Source: an uncultured Anaerolineae bacterium
GTDB lineage: Bacteria > Chloroflexota > Anaerolineae > DAOTYC01
Length of the DNA stretch: 61,468 bases
Assembly (NCBI GenBank): GCA_964589015.1
Contig: CAZPTF010000001.1
Location: forward strand, 1 to 61,468
Direction of reading: 5' to 3'
The notes beneath the pieces were generated by a model. That model did not search any database. It was not told where the DNA came from and saw only the letters and a program-made list of their open reading frames with translations. A program made the translations under genes and the position numbers. Below, piece after piece: positions 26,520-35,738 of the stretch. Within the stretch, counting starts at the first letter, position 1; each line of letters begins with the position of its first letter.

Positions 26520-27916
26520 TGCGAACCTCCCGAATCACAATCATCAGCCTGGCGGCTGCCGCTGGGTTGGCCGCACCGGTTCACGCGCAACCCACAGCCA
26601 GCGTGGCTCCGAAGTATGGCAGCCCGTACACCGAAATCAAATCCTGGTACGTACGCTCGGCCACTGCTGATCCGGGCAGTGATCCGGCGACAGAACGACT
26701 TCGTAAGGTGGTCAGGGCACGATACGGCCAACGGGGGCTCGACTGCATCTTCAATAACTTCACCGGCAAGGGTGCCATCGATCCCGCGATTCCCGGAGTG
26801 CAGAAGAATATCCTCCTGGTCGCATCAAGCAACAAGAACGTAAGCCAAGGTGCGGTCCGGACACAGCTGTATGCTAACCATATTCATAATGACCCGCGCT
26901 TCCGTCTCCTCGCCATCAACGAAACCGCGAGAACGCCGTTGGGTAATACCGACAAGGACATTCGTTTCCTTGATCGGCGCACCGGAACCACCCTTCGGAT
27001 TGAATCCAAAGAAGTCGGTCTAAAGTGCCAAGCTAGCGATGCACGCCGGCTGAGAGCACAGATTGACAAGATCGCATGGGAATATCGCCGCAGCGGAGAA
27101 CTCGGCGCGATCATCAATCGCAACAAGCTTCTCCCAGGGATCAGACTATACGCAGCAACGAGAGACGTGCCCGTGTATGAGTGTGTGGTTACCGGCAAGA
27201 CAACTCTCCGCAAGGGGAGAATCCACGTTTCGGATGTGCTGGACGACCTTGCCCGCAGTGCCCGCGTCAGGGGGAGGGTAAGAATGCTGGCGGGAGGGCC
27301 AAGCGCGGGATTAGGGGCTTTGCTATTGGTCCAAAACGCGCCTGCAGCGTACAAGAGTCTGGTTCTCTCGCTGGACGCGACAACGCGAACAAATCAAACC
27401 GTGGTCAACCTAGGCAAGTCGGGATCTCTTGCGCTCTCAGGAGCAGCCATGACCGCTGCGGGAATCAGCGACTTGAGCACCGCAACTACGACGAACGCTA
27501 CCGTACGGGGGTTGCTAACAAAGGTATCGCGCCGTGGCGGCGCCATCGCAGTCGTTGGGTTCCTCGGCGCGGAGGGATTCATGGTGTATGAATACGCTTT
27601 CGGGGAAGTTACGAAACGCGAGTTTGTTACGTCCCAGGCCGGTCTGCTGAGCGGTGTCGGTGGCAGCGTCGCAGGCGCTTGGCTGGGAGCGAAGGCCGGT
27701 GGTCTGTCCGGCTCGGTTTTAGGTCCGGTGGGGACCGTCATCGGCGCTGGCATTGGCGGTATTGCGGGAGGCCTTGGCGGAGGCTACCTTGCGTCCACTC
27801 AGGCGACGCTCGCCGCTGGCAGGTACTACGACTTTAAGGATGCAGAACTCGACAGACGATTCGCGAGTTACGTGTACGCGCTCTATGAAGTCCCTTTAGA
27901 CAGCAGGGATGACTGA
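26516..27916 (+). CDS. secreted protein with a C-terminal glycine-zipper region (hypothetical)
   Basis: ATGA overlap with the upstream gene. Signal peptide 'MMRTSRITIISLAAAAGLAAPVHAQP'. C-terminal 'GGSVAGAWLGAKAGGLSGSVLGPVGTVIGAGIGGIAGGLGGG'. Confidence 0.8.
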   Translation: MMRTSRITIISLAAAAGLAAPVHAQPTASVAPKYGSPYTEIKSWYVRSATADPGSDPATERLRKVVRARYGQRGLDCIFNNFTGKGAIDPAIPGVQKNILLVASSNKNVSQGAVRTQLYANHIHNDPRFRLLAINETARTPLGNTDKDIRFLDRRTGTTLRIESKEVGLKCQASDARRLRAQIDKIAWEYRRSGELGAIINRNKLLPGIRLYAATRDVPVYECVVTGKTTLRKGRIHVSDVLDDLARSARVRGRVRMLAGGPSAGLGALLLVQNAPAAYKSLVLSLDATTRTNQTVVNLGKSGSLALSGAAMTAAGISDLSTATTTNATVRGLLTKVSRRGGAIAVVGFLGAEGFMVYEYAFGEVTKREFVTSQAGLLSGVGGSVAGAWLGAKAGGLSGSVLGPVGTVIGAGIGGIAGGLGGGYLASTQATLAAGRYYDFKDAELDRRFASYVYALYEVPLDSRDD

Positions 27917-28205
27917 TCAAAGCTTGCCTCGTGAGCCGGCCGAGCAACGTTCACGACGCTTGACGAGGAAGTGTGTTTGTCGCGATGTCCAACGCTCTTC
28001 GGTGCGCTTAGACCGTTCAGCGGGCACAATTTGCATGTGGGTCATGTGGTACCACCGACCGAGGTGCACAGACGACGGTCAAATGGATGCTTGTTGCTGA
28101 TTCCGGTGCGTGATGCGAGCTGGCTTGGCAGCGCCGAATCCGTGACATCTACCCGGGCGACATCGCTACAGGCTGCAATAAGCGAATCACCATCGTGCCG
28201 AATCG

Positions 28206-28511
28206 ATGGCTGGCAAGGGCATTTACGCGTCCATCAAGCCCCTTGCGACTGAGGCCCTGTCACGCATACAGGCGGTTCTTCGCAACCGCGGATGCCCTGC
28301 CTTCCCCGCCCGAGCCAGTCGGGGATACACGATCTACTTCGAGGGCCGGGCAGTCTCCCGCATTCGGAAACGCGACGAGTGGTGGGAGGTGCTGTGGTGG
28401 AGCCATCGCGACAAGTGGGAATCCATCGGCGACCTGGGCGGCGCGGATTTCGATACGGTTGAAGAAGCAGCGGAATATGTACTCGATGACCCGATGGGCG
28501 TCTTCTGGTAA
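28206..28511 (+). CDS. small hypothetical protein (101 aa)
   Basis: ATG start, protein-like composition, and only 9 nt before the next gene. Confidence 0.55.
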   Translation: MAGKGIYASIKPLATEALSRIQAVLRNRGCPAFPARASRGYTIYFEGRAVSRIRKRDEWWEVLWWSHRDKWESIGDLGGADFDTVEEAAEYVLDDPMGVFW

Positions 28512-28520
28512 TGAGCAGCT

Positions 28521-29516
28521 ATGAGCACCTCCAAGAAACCGAAGAAACAGCAGAAGAAGCGGCCCCCGCGGCAGAGTCGAGGTTCAGTGGCTCCGAATTC
28601 TGCCCGCGGCACGTCGCCGTCTCCGTCCACTCCTCCTCTTTCCATGTTCAGCGCGGAGCAGGCTCTGCGCGAGCTTCATGAGGCGATGGAGGGTCGGGAC
28701 TTCTCCAGCCAGGGGGAGCTGGAGGCATTTCTTCATGCGTTCAACCAGCGCAGCCTGAGCGCGCCCGACAAAAGCAAGACGCCCAGGGACCCGAAACACG
28801 AAGCCCAGGATCTGGCCTACCAGGCGATGGAGACACCGGATCCGGTCCGGTCGGCCAAGTTGTGCGAAAAGGCGATCGAACTCGATCCGCATTGCGTTGA
28901 TGCGCTCATGCATCTGACCCGGCTGTCCTGCGAGGACGGCGACGAGATGATCGAAAGCATGCGAATGGTGGTGGACATCGGGGAGCGCGGCCTGGGCGGC
29001 AAGACGTACTTCGACGAGAATGCTGGCCACTTCTGGGGTCTCATGGAGACCCGGCCATACATGCGGGCCAGGGCGTATCTTGCCCAGCTGCTCCTGGAGG
29101 CGGGCAGAAACGGGGAAGCCATCGGGCATTACGAAGAGATGCTCCGGCTGAACCCCAATGACAACCAGGGGCTTCGCTATCCGCTTTTGGGACTGTATCT
29201 CTGCGCAGGCAGCACGGACCACGTGCGTCGGCTGTTCAGGGAGTTTGAGGATGAAGGGAGTGCGGTCTTCGCATGGGCTCTTGTCCTGGAGCGTCATCTG
29301 TCAGGCGACGAAAGCGGCGCCGACGAGGCGCTGAAAGAAGCTCGCAAAGGCAACAGGCACGTCGAGAAGTACCTGGCGGGCAAGAAGGCCATCCCCAGGC
29401 AGCTGCCCGCCTTTTACGGCGTCGGCGACGAGAATGAGGCCGTCATGTGCGCGGATGCCATCGGCGATGCCTGGAAGCAGAATCCGGAGGCGGTCGAATG
29501 GCTGAAGCAGAGATGA
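28521..29516 (+). CDS. TPR-like helical-repeat protein with a basic N-terminus
   Basis: N-terminus 'KKPKKQQKKRPPRQ'. TPR-like 'EAIGHYEEMLRLNPNDNQGLRYPLLGLYL'. Confidence 0.75.
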   Translation: MSTSKKPKKQQKKRPPRQSRGSVAPNSARGTSPSPSTPPLSMFSAEQALRELHEAMEGRDFSSQGELEAFLHAFNQRSLSAPDKSKTPRDPKHEAQDLAYQAMETPDPVRSAKLCEKAIELDPHCVDALMHLTRLSCEDGDEMIESMRMVVDIGERGLGGKTYFDENAGHFWGLMETRPYMRARAYLAQLLLEAGRNGEAIGHYEEMLRLNPNDNQGLRYPLLGLYLCAGSTDHVRRLFREFEDEGSAVFAWALVLERHLSGDESGADEALKEARKGNRHVEKYLAGKKAIPRQLPAFYGVGDENEAVMCADAIGDAWKQNPEAVEWLKQR

Positions 29517-29554
29517 CCACCCAGGTTCCTTCTGCCGACTGAAGGGCGCCGCTG

Positions 29555-30472
29555 TCATCTGCGATCAGAGCTGGAGACATCGAGCTTCATTCCGGGTTCC
29601 TCGTCGTCCGGGGCATAGGCCAACACCTGGAGGCAGACGTTGTGTCCCATGTAGCGGCCTTCGATCCAGACGTACGGTCCCTCGATTGGAGGCAGGCCGA
29701 TCGCGCCCCAGCCGAAATCGTCGATCCGCTCAAACGCGGACCGGAGCCTCTCCAGATCCAGAGTGAAATCCGGGGCCACCACCTCGCCATCAGCGGCCCC
29801 GCCCACGAGCTCCACCGGAGTGGGGTACACAGAGACTTCCGACATCACCTCGTCGTCATGGTACCGAAGCCCCAACGGCCCCATTGCACTCTCTGGAGAC
29901 ATGTTCGCGGCCACCACCTCAAACAGGGACTCCACCCACGGCGGAAGGGAGGAATCGCCTTCAAGCCGTGGGCCGGGGAAGAAGAACATACGTCCGGCCT
30001 CCGTCCTGCGCTCGAACTCAGTGGGGTCGGCCCGCAGAAACTCGGCCATCTCGCGCTCGCCGTACTTCTCCAGCCGGTCCGCGAACAGCCCATCCCATGC
30101 TCGCTCATATTCACGCCGGACTTCTTCATACTCGGCCGGCGCCTCTCCGCGGGACCAGAATTCGTCGTCGCCGAGTCCGTGCTTTCTTTCTATGGCCTTC
30201 AGCCGATCCTCCCAGGGACGCAACGCATCCTCTGCGCCCTGGGTGGTGATCTCATCGATGTGAGACGACACAAGGAAGAACCCGGCTTCGGCGGGAAGCA
30301 GGCCGGAATCCCGGATGGCCTGATAGACGGCCAATTGCTGCTCCGCCGTTGACTCCGGCCCGAGCTGCTTCCACTGCTCGGCCCAGCCCGGAACCGTCGC
30401 GGCCTGCTCGAGGATCTCTGCCAGTTTCGATTCGATGCGGTCGAAGGGGGTCTCGTCACTACCAGCCTTCAT
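29555..30472 (-). CDS. acidic hypothetical protein (305 aa)
   Basis: ATG start and protein-like composition. No motif recognised. Confidence 0.7.
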   Translation of the reverse strand: MKAGSDETPFDRIESKLAEILEQAATVPGWAEQWKQLGPESTAEQQLAVYQAIRDSGLLPAEAGFFLVSSHIDEITTQGAEDALRPWEDRLKAIERKHGLGDDEFWSRGEAPAEYEEVRREYERAWDGLFADRLEKYGEREMAEFLRADPTEFERRTEAGRMFFFPGPRLEGDSSLPPWVESLFEVVAANMSPESAMGPLGLRYHDDEVMSEVSVYPTPVELVGGAADGEVVAPDFTLDLERLRSAFERIDDFGWGAIGLPPIEGPYVWIEGRYMGHNVCLQVLAYAPDDEEPGMKLDVSSSDRR

Positions 30473-30774
30473 GGTTCGACTCTCGAATTACGTCGCGCCT
30501 TGGGTTCGCGGTCCTGCTGCCTTCGATATGACGCCTTGTCCAAAGAGTATGCCGGTCTCGTCGACAGGGCAAGGGCTGACGAAGATTTGTTTGATCCGTG
30601 ACAATGGACGATGGTGCGCTTGGGCCGATTTAGCATTCAAGGCTTAATCGAGCCCAGTTACATGGGTCCTATGTTAAGCGTGAGGCAGGTGGCGGATGCG
30701 TCTTGACGTTAGTGCGCTAACCTTGTGGTTGATAGAGATGGAGGTTCGTCGGTCATTGACAAAGAGCCCGGGAG

Positions 30775-31899
30775 TCACGGCGTGCCGATCAGGTTCTGTT
30801 TGCAGTGCTTGGCTTGGACGGCATACCGTGTGCAGATGTCCAGAAAAGGGCGCACGATGAGGTCTTGGGCTACGCTGCCCGGAAGCCGCCAGCTCCCGCC
30901 GTGAAAGTCAAGCTTCCGCGGGAAGGCACAGGCTCGGTAGATGTCACGGACGGCTAGCATCGTTCCCGAGAGCTTCTGACCGCGGGGCTTCGTTATCTTA
31001 GCTGCGGAGAAAACTACGTGCCGGACGCTGAGGCCCTTTGCGAGGGCGACCAGTTGTTCCAGGTCGTCACGTGACTGGGGCTCGATCAGGCCGAGATCCT
31101 CATGCGAGCCGTTTGACCGCGCGGGAGGAAAGAGGGGATCGATACGCAGAACCACCGGAATTCCTGCATCGCGCAGTGCGTGCAAGCCCTCCTTGCGCGC
31201 TGCAATGGACGGAGCACATGGGTCGTACTGCCGACGTGCCTCCTCCCTCCAGAACGCCAGGCTCACCTCGACCACAAACCCGGGCAGATTGCCCTGGTCA
31301 AATGCAGCACGTCTCGGATGGACATTGGGCAGTGATCCCAGTTGTCGGAACAGGTCGACATAACCCAGCTTGACCGACCGCAATGGATCCTTCGTCAGGA
31401 TGGTGACCGTTGTGAACCGTTGGCGGTGCTGCAGGATCTGCTCGAGCGCGAATCGCGTGTGCTTGTACTCGTTCTCCAGCGGCTGGAACGGGTCCGTGCT
31501 GTTGGACAGGTGAATCGGGGCGGGCGGCACACCAAAGCGTTTCAGATCCTCCATGTCTTTGAGAACGAGTCGTTCAAAGCCCTGTTTGGGTGAGGCGGAG
31601 GCCGGTGAGTAGGACGCGGCGTAACAGTATGCGCACTCATGGGCGCAGCCCGTGTACACGTTGATGCAGTAGCGATGGCCGCTCGGGAAACTGGCCTGGT
31701 CGGCGAAAGGGCAATACCACTTGAGCATGCGTGGCCGTGTTGGCTCAACCACGGGTCTCGCAGAGTTGTGCGGCAGGAAGTACAACGCCAGCGCTGCCTG
31801 TTCCTCCGGCGAGAACGCGTCCCATGCGGGCCGGTACTTCTGGTCAAGACGTTCCACCAAGGCAAGCGCTTCGTTGAAGGTTGGAGCCGGCCGAGGCAT
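30775..31899 (-). CDS. radical SAM protein, SplB / 'DNA repair photolyase' (COG1533)-like
   Basis: CX3CX2C 'INVYTGCAHECAYCYA' (Cys codons 31624-31647) and 'STDPFQPLE'. The start is placed at the ATG at 31899, 32 nt after the DUF488 stop. The ORF opens at 32124 but that part overlaps the DUF488 gene. Confidence 0.85.
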   Translation of the reverse strand: MPRPAPTFNEALALVERLDQKYRPAWDAFSPEEQAALALYFLPHNSARPVVEPTRPRMLKWYCPFADQASFPSGHRYCINVYTGCAHECAYCYAASYSPASASPKQGFERLVLKDMEDLKRFGVPPAPIHLSNSTDPFQPLENEYKHTRFALEQILQHRQRFTTVTILTKDPLRSVKLGYVDLFRQLGSLPNVHPRRAAFDQGNLPGFVVEVSLAFWREEARRQYDPCAPSIAARKEGLHALRDAGIPVVLRIDPLFPPARSNGSHEDLGLIEPQSRDDLEQLVALAKGLSVRHVVFSAAKITKPRGQKLSGTMLAVRDIYRACAFPRKLDFHGGSWRLPGSVAQDLIVRPFLDICTRYAVQAKHCKQNLIGTP

Positions 31900-31931
31900 T
31901 CGGAATGTCTCCGTCTCACAGTACACGTCAG

Positions 31932-32384
31932 CTACTGCAGGTGCACGATACGTACACAACCCCACTTCTGTTCCAGGTACTCGGCGACCAGCCTGCGGTG
32001 GCATTGCTCCGGCGAGGCTTCGCTGCAGAGCAAGCAGGCGTCTGCTAGCTGCTCGCGCGTGACGACCGTCTCGATCCGCTGGCTCGTGATGACCTCGAGG
32101 AACCTGGCCTCGTATGTTGACCAATCGATCCGTTTCTTCAGGTAGTCGTCCAGGAGGGACTCCGTTGGCGCCAGTTCTGGAACATAAACGTAGTCAGTGT
32201 CCAGGATGCGCCTGAGGAAGAACTGGAGGTCGTCCCGCTTGGCGAAACCGGCGAGGTGCGAGGTGTTGCGGCGTCGAACGTCGATTACCCGGCGAACACC
32301 AGCTTCCTCGAGCATGCCGAAGAACGTCGCCGCGTCCTTCTTGGCAAAGCCAATCGTGTATACGGTGATCGTCTTGCCCGGCAT
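31932..32384 (-). CDS. DUF488 family protein
   Basis: 'VYTIGFAKKDAATFFGMLEEAGVRRVIDVRR' and 'LLCSEASPEQCHRRLVAEYL'. The ATG at 32384 lies 1 nt after the upstream stop. Confidence 0.85.
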   Translation of the reverse strand: MPGKTITVYTIGFAKKDAATFFGMLEEAGVRRVIDVRRRNTSHLAGFAKRDDLQFFLRRILDTDYVYVPELAPTESLLDDYLKKRIDWSTYEARFLEVITSQRIETVVTREQLADACLLCSEASPEQCHRRLVAEYLEQKWGCVRIVHLQ

Positions 32385-32385
32385 G

Positions 32386-33657
32386 TCACGCACCGCCCTG
32401 GATTGCAGTTTGATCGTGTGCCAACGCGGAGAGGGCCGCTTCCGCCGCCGCACAGTGCTCGAACTTGCTCTCCTTCGCCCTGAACTCGGGTGTGTGGATC
32501 GCCTGGCGGCCGTTTCGCCAGTCCACGCCAAGTGCCTTGTGCAGAAGCTCGTGATACATGACGAAGTCGAGCAGGTACCCCTCGACGTCAGCTCGGTCCA
32601 GGATGCTGCTGACCATCACCGTATCGCGGATGGGATCATAATGGCCGAGCTTACGGCTGCTGAGCGATCGGCTCCAGCTCAAGCGGGGACGCGCCAGGCT
32701 GCCGCCGAAGTACTTGGCATTGACCCGGTCAAAGGATGCCTGGAGATCATGCTGAAGGCCGGCTGTCTGCTCCTCCACGCCGCCCAGCGCCTCCAGTTCG
32801 GCCTGGATGGCCTGGTACTCGTCACTCAAGGCGGCTTCGATGATCGGCTGCCTACTGCCCAGTTTGAAGGCAGCATTGGCGAGCGACTCGAAGAGCTGCT
32901 GTGAAAAGCAGATCATCGGTGTCGCGAGCATGATCCGAGTCCCATTGCGGTACCCGCGGAGTTTGTAGAGCCCGGCGATGGTCCGAAACTCCAGAAACAC
33001 CGCAGGCCGAAAGCGTTGATTACGCTGTATCGCCGCCTCAAACCTGGGACGGGCCCGATCAGCCGCTGCAAGATACGCGTTCAAGTTCTCACGATCCGAG
33101 AAGAACGCCAGCCATCCACGGGCCGCTCGCGTCTGAGCCGTGAGTTCACCGGACGACAGCCCGTTTTCGTTCAGATGCTCCTCGACGCGCTCGCTCATCG
33201 ATTGAATCGAGCTGTGAATCGCGTTCGCCTGTTCCGCCGAGATAGGCTGCGCCAGGCTGCGAAGAATCCGGTCATGGAACGACTTCAGCCCCACCAGAGA
33301 AACGCTTCCCGGGGCTGGGCGATCCGGATCCCGGTTACCCTGCGGAATGATCTCATCGAAGTTCAGGCCGGCCAGGAATTGATAAGCCCTCCGGGTCGGC
33401 GCCGGCAGGTCCTCGAGGGAAACCCCGTGGCTGGCCAGGATCGCGTCCACCTGGCGCAGGGATTCCTCGACGAACCGGCGGAGCTTCTTCCTTCGGTCGG
33501 CTGACAGCGGCCCCGACATGTCGCGGCGCACGGCGTTCGCGATCCTCACCAAGCCTTTGATGTACAGTCTCTCCATGACCGTCTCCATACCGGTCGGGCT
33601 GCCTGGCGTCAAATCACCGATCGCCGAGAACGCCAACGTTGCTTTCGCAATGCTCAT
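32386..33657 (-). CDS. SprT-like (HExxH) zinc-metalloprotease-domain protein with a ~300-aa helical N-terminal region
   Basis: C-terminal 'FDRVNAKYFGGSLARPRLSWSRSLSSRKLGHYDP..DTVMVSSIL....FVMYHELLHK....HTPEF'. The HExxH is at 32539-32553. ATGA overlap with the upstream GHKL gene. Confidence 0.8.
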   Translation of the reverse strand: MSIAKATLAFSAIGDLTPGSPTGMETVMERLYIKGLVRIANAVRRDMSGPLSADRRKKLRRFVEESLRQVDAILASHGVSLEDLPAPTRRAYQFLAGLNFDEIIPQGNRDPDRPAPGSVSLVGLKSFHDRILRSLAQPISAEQANAIHSSIQSMSERVEEHLNENGLSSGELTAQTRAARGWLAFFSDRENLNAYLAAADRARPRFEAAIQRNQRFRPAVFLEFRTIAGLYKLRGYRNGTRIMLATPMICFSQQLFESLANAAFKLGSRQPIIEAALSDEYQAIQAELEALGGVEEQTAGLQHDLQASFDRVNAKYFGGSLARPRLSWSRSLSSRKLGHYDPIRDTVMVSSILDRADVEGYLLDFVMYHELLHKALGVDWRNGRQAIHTPEFRAKESKFEHCAAAEAALSALAHDQTAIQGGA

Positions 33658-35180
33658 GGGGCAACTTGGACGTCCTCCGTTGGGGCGGTGGTTAGCGATT
33701 CACGCAGCTCGTTCCAACGCTGAGCGTTGTCTGCAACCCATCGGGCGAGGCGCGCACCCATGAGCTCGCACTCTCCACCAAACGCTACGCCGTGCCCGGA
33801 GACCTTCTCATGCGAGCACTCGTGGATGATCAGGGCGAGCGTACGTTCGCCCAACGGGTCTTCCCAAATGAAATCTGCCTCAGTGTTGAGCCTCATGGTA
33901 CCGCTGCTATACGCCGCAGCCGCATTGCCGCCACGAACCCGCTCACAGCGGACGGGTTTTGCCACAAGAGCCGAGGCGATTTCCTCGAAGGCTGCCATGC
34001 ACAGTCGCTGCCTTTGGGTCGCGGGCGGGAAGCCGCGGTCCGTACGGAAGTGTGGCTTGCAGACCTGATCGTGCACCTGGGCAACGGTTGCAGCGTCTCT
34101 CAGGAGCTCGCTCACTCCTGCAGGCAGCGCCCCACGGTTGACGGGCGCGTATCCTCGGTACTCTAGCTCCTGAGACTCACTCACGTCGTCCGGATCGAAC
34201 GGATCGCGTCTGACAATCCGACCGGGATCAGCGCCAGTGACCGACGCAATAAGCGTCTTCCGGCCTTCTTCGCTCAGCTTGGCCGCATTCTCACGGTTGT
34301 CCTTGATCTCAGGGGGAGCGTCATCGTTGTCATTCATGTACCGCACGTACTCGTCGCTCAAAGGCTCGATGAGCTGCGCGATCAGTCCATTCTTGTACGG
34401 CTCCGGCAGCATGTTCCGCTCAACGTCGAGAGGCGTCTTTTGGAGGACATTGATATCGAAGGGGAGGGTCCACGGAGCCGCATCGACAGGTATCCCCAAT
34501 TCAAAGATCATCGGGATGTCGCCGTGGTTGTCGTGAATCTCGACGGATGTTTCTCGTTGGTGCCGACGAATGCGCTCGGATCGGGGATCGTACGTTACCG
34601 TCTGGAGCTTGACCTTTGGAATGATCCGCCTGGGACGTCGCGGAGGGATCTCGTGCCCGTTAACGATGACTCGCACGCCCCCTGGCAGTATGAGGGAGTT
34701 GAAGTATGTGGACAGTTCATCGAACCCCTCGCCGTCATGGCGCAACAAGCCGTCGAGCTGCATTCCGGCTACGGCTTTTCGAACGGAGCTGATCTGGCAG
34801 CCGTCAGCGTTGAATAGCAGCCGGTGCTTCAATGTGCGAATCTCCGCGGACTCTGCAATGGCAAGAACATCGATGAGTCCCTGGCCGAAACGGCCTCGCG
34901 TTTCTGGGTGCAGGTCGCTTGTGGACGATCCGACACGCCGGAGAATCCCGGGTTCGTCGCACCCACACCCATCATCCACACACGTGACCTCGAAAGCTCG
35001 CAAACCGGCTGCGTCACGTCTCGTACCCTTCGCGAGTCGGCAGGTCAGCTCAACGGTCGCTGCCTTCGCGTCGAGGCTGTTCGCGAGCAGTTCCTTCAGA
35101 ATCACGGCGAGCGCACGACAGCGAACAAGCGCAGCACGCTTCTTCACGTCCACACCAAAACGCTCCCTGTACTGAGCCAT
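33654..35180 (-). CDS. GHKL-superfamily ATPase (MORC/MutL-like N-terminal fold), function unknown
   Basis: N-box 'LKELLANSLDA' (35067-35093), 'VDDGCGC' and 'GRFGQGLI'. The ATG at 35180 is preceded by 'GAAGGAGAG'. Confidence 0.85.
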   Translation of the reverse strand: MAQYRERFGVDVKKRAALVRCRALAVILKELLANSLDAKAATVELTCRLAKGTRRDAAGLRAFEVTCVDDGCGCDEPGILRRVGSSTSDLHPETRGRFGQGLIDVLAIAESAEIRTLKHRLLFNADGCQISSVRKAVAGMQLDGLLRHDGEGFDELSTYFNSLILPGGVRVIVNGHEIPPRRPRRIIPKVKLQTVTYDPRSERIRRHQRETSVEIHDNHGDIPMIFELGIPVDAAPWTLPFDINVLQKTPLDVERNMLPEPYKNGLIAQLIEPLSDEYVRYMNDNDDAPPEIKDNRENAAKLSEEGRKTLIASVTGADPGRIVRRDPFDPDDVSESQELEYRGYAPVNRGALPAGVSELLRDAATVAQVHDQVCKPHFRTDRGFPPATQRQRLCMAAFEEIASALVAKPVRCERVRGGNAAAAYSSGTMRLNTEADFIWEDPLGERTLALIIHECSHEKVSGHGVAFGGECELMGARLARWVADNAQRWNELRESLTTAPTEDVQVAP

Positions 35181-35230
35181 CCGACTCTCCTTCAGCTTAC
35201 AACCCTTCGGAACGATCCCCTGACACGATG

Positions 35231-35260
35231 AATCACGCCGCGGTTCGAGGCAGCGTGATT
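35231..35260 (-). promoter_or_regulatory. inverted repeat in the leader of the GHKL operon
   Basis: Perfect 8-bp arms AATCACGC / GCGTGATT (35231-35238 and 35253-35260) with a 14-nt spacer, 50-80 nt upstream of the ATG at 35180. It could be an operator or an RNA hairpin. Confidence 0.25.
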
Positions 35261-35450
35261 GCCCTAGCATATGGGTCTTCGCAAACGGCTTTCAGTAGTA
35301 TGCGCCCTTCTCGATTTCTGACTGTGGCCACACCTTGGAAATACCACTACGTATGCGTGTGCATGCCGTCCGATTGTACGCACTGAATCGTGGAGCGCAA
35401 CGGTCCAGGCCAAGTTGGATTCCCGGCGGGCGGATGATCGACTCATCGCT

Positions 35451-35738
35451 TTAGCCGCACAAGCTGCCGATGATCACGAGGATCACAGCACCGATCAGGA
35501 TGTACCCGAAGACGGCACCACCCGATGTTCCGCCGTCGGACGTCGAAATCGGCACACGCACGGGTTCGATGCCGTTGCGCGGCGGCTTCGAGTGCATACG
35601 CCGAAGGGGTTTGCCGCCCTGTTGGACGAGCCTCCAGGGCTTACCGCAGGAATGACATCGCCACTCATACCCGAATCCCGCATTCTTCGGGAAGTGCATC
35701 CGCCGCCCGCAATCACATCTGCCTGCCAAGTGTGACAT
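35451..35738 (-). CDS. small zinc-ribbon protein with a C-terminal TM helix
   Basis: 'CDCG...CHSCG' and 'AVFGYILIGAVILVIIGSLCG'. The ATG at 35738 is preceded by 'CAGGAGAA'. Confidence 0.6.
   Translation of the reverse strand: MSHLAGRCDCGRRMHFPKNAGFGYEWRCHSCGKPWRLVQQGGKPLRRMHSKPPRNGIEPVRVPISTSDGGTSGGAVFGYILIGAVILVIIGSLCG

Noticed and set aside
26900-27010. A PD-(D/E)xK-like 'D...IESK' pattern in the secreted glycine-zipper protein.
   Set aside because: A single short pattern match with no supporting secondary-structure or family evidence. It is mentioned only as a hint in the related finding.
30465-30500. A 'GGTTCGACTC' T-loop-like string that suggested a tRNA. A similar 'GGGTTCGAAC' lies near 61030.
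   Set aside because: The flanking bases cannot form a T-stem or an acceptor stem. The first lies at a CDS start and the second inside a CDS. I found no tRNA.
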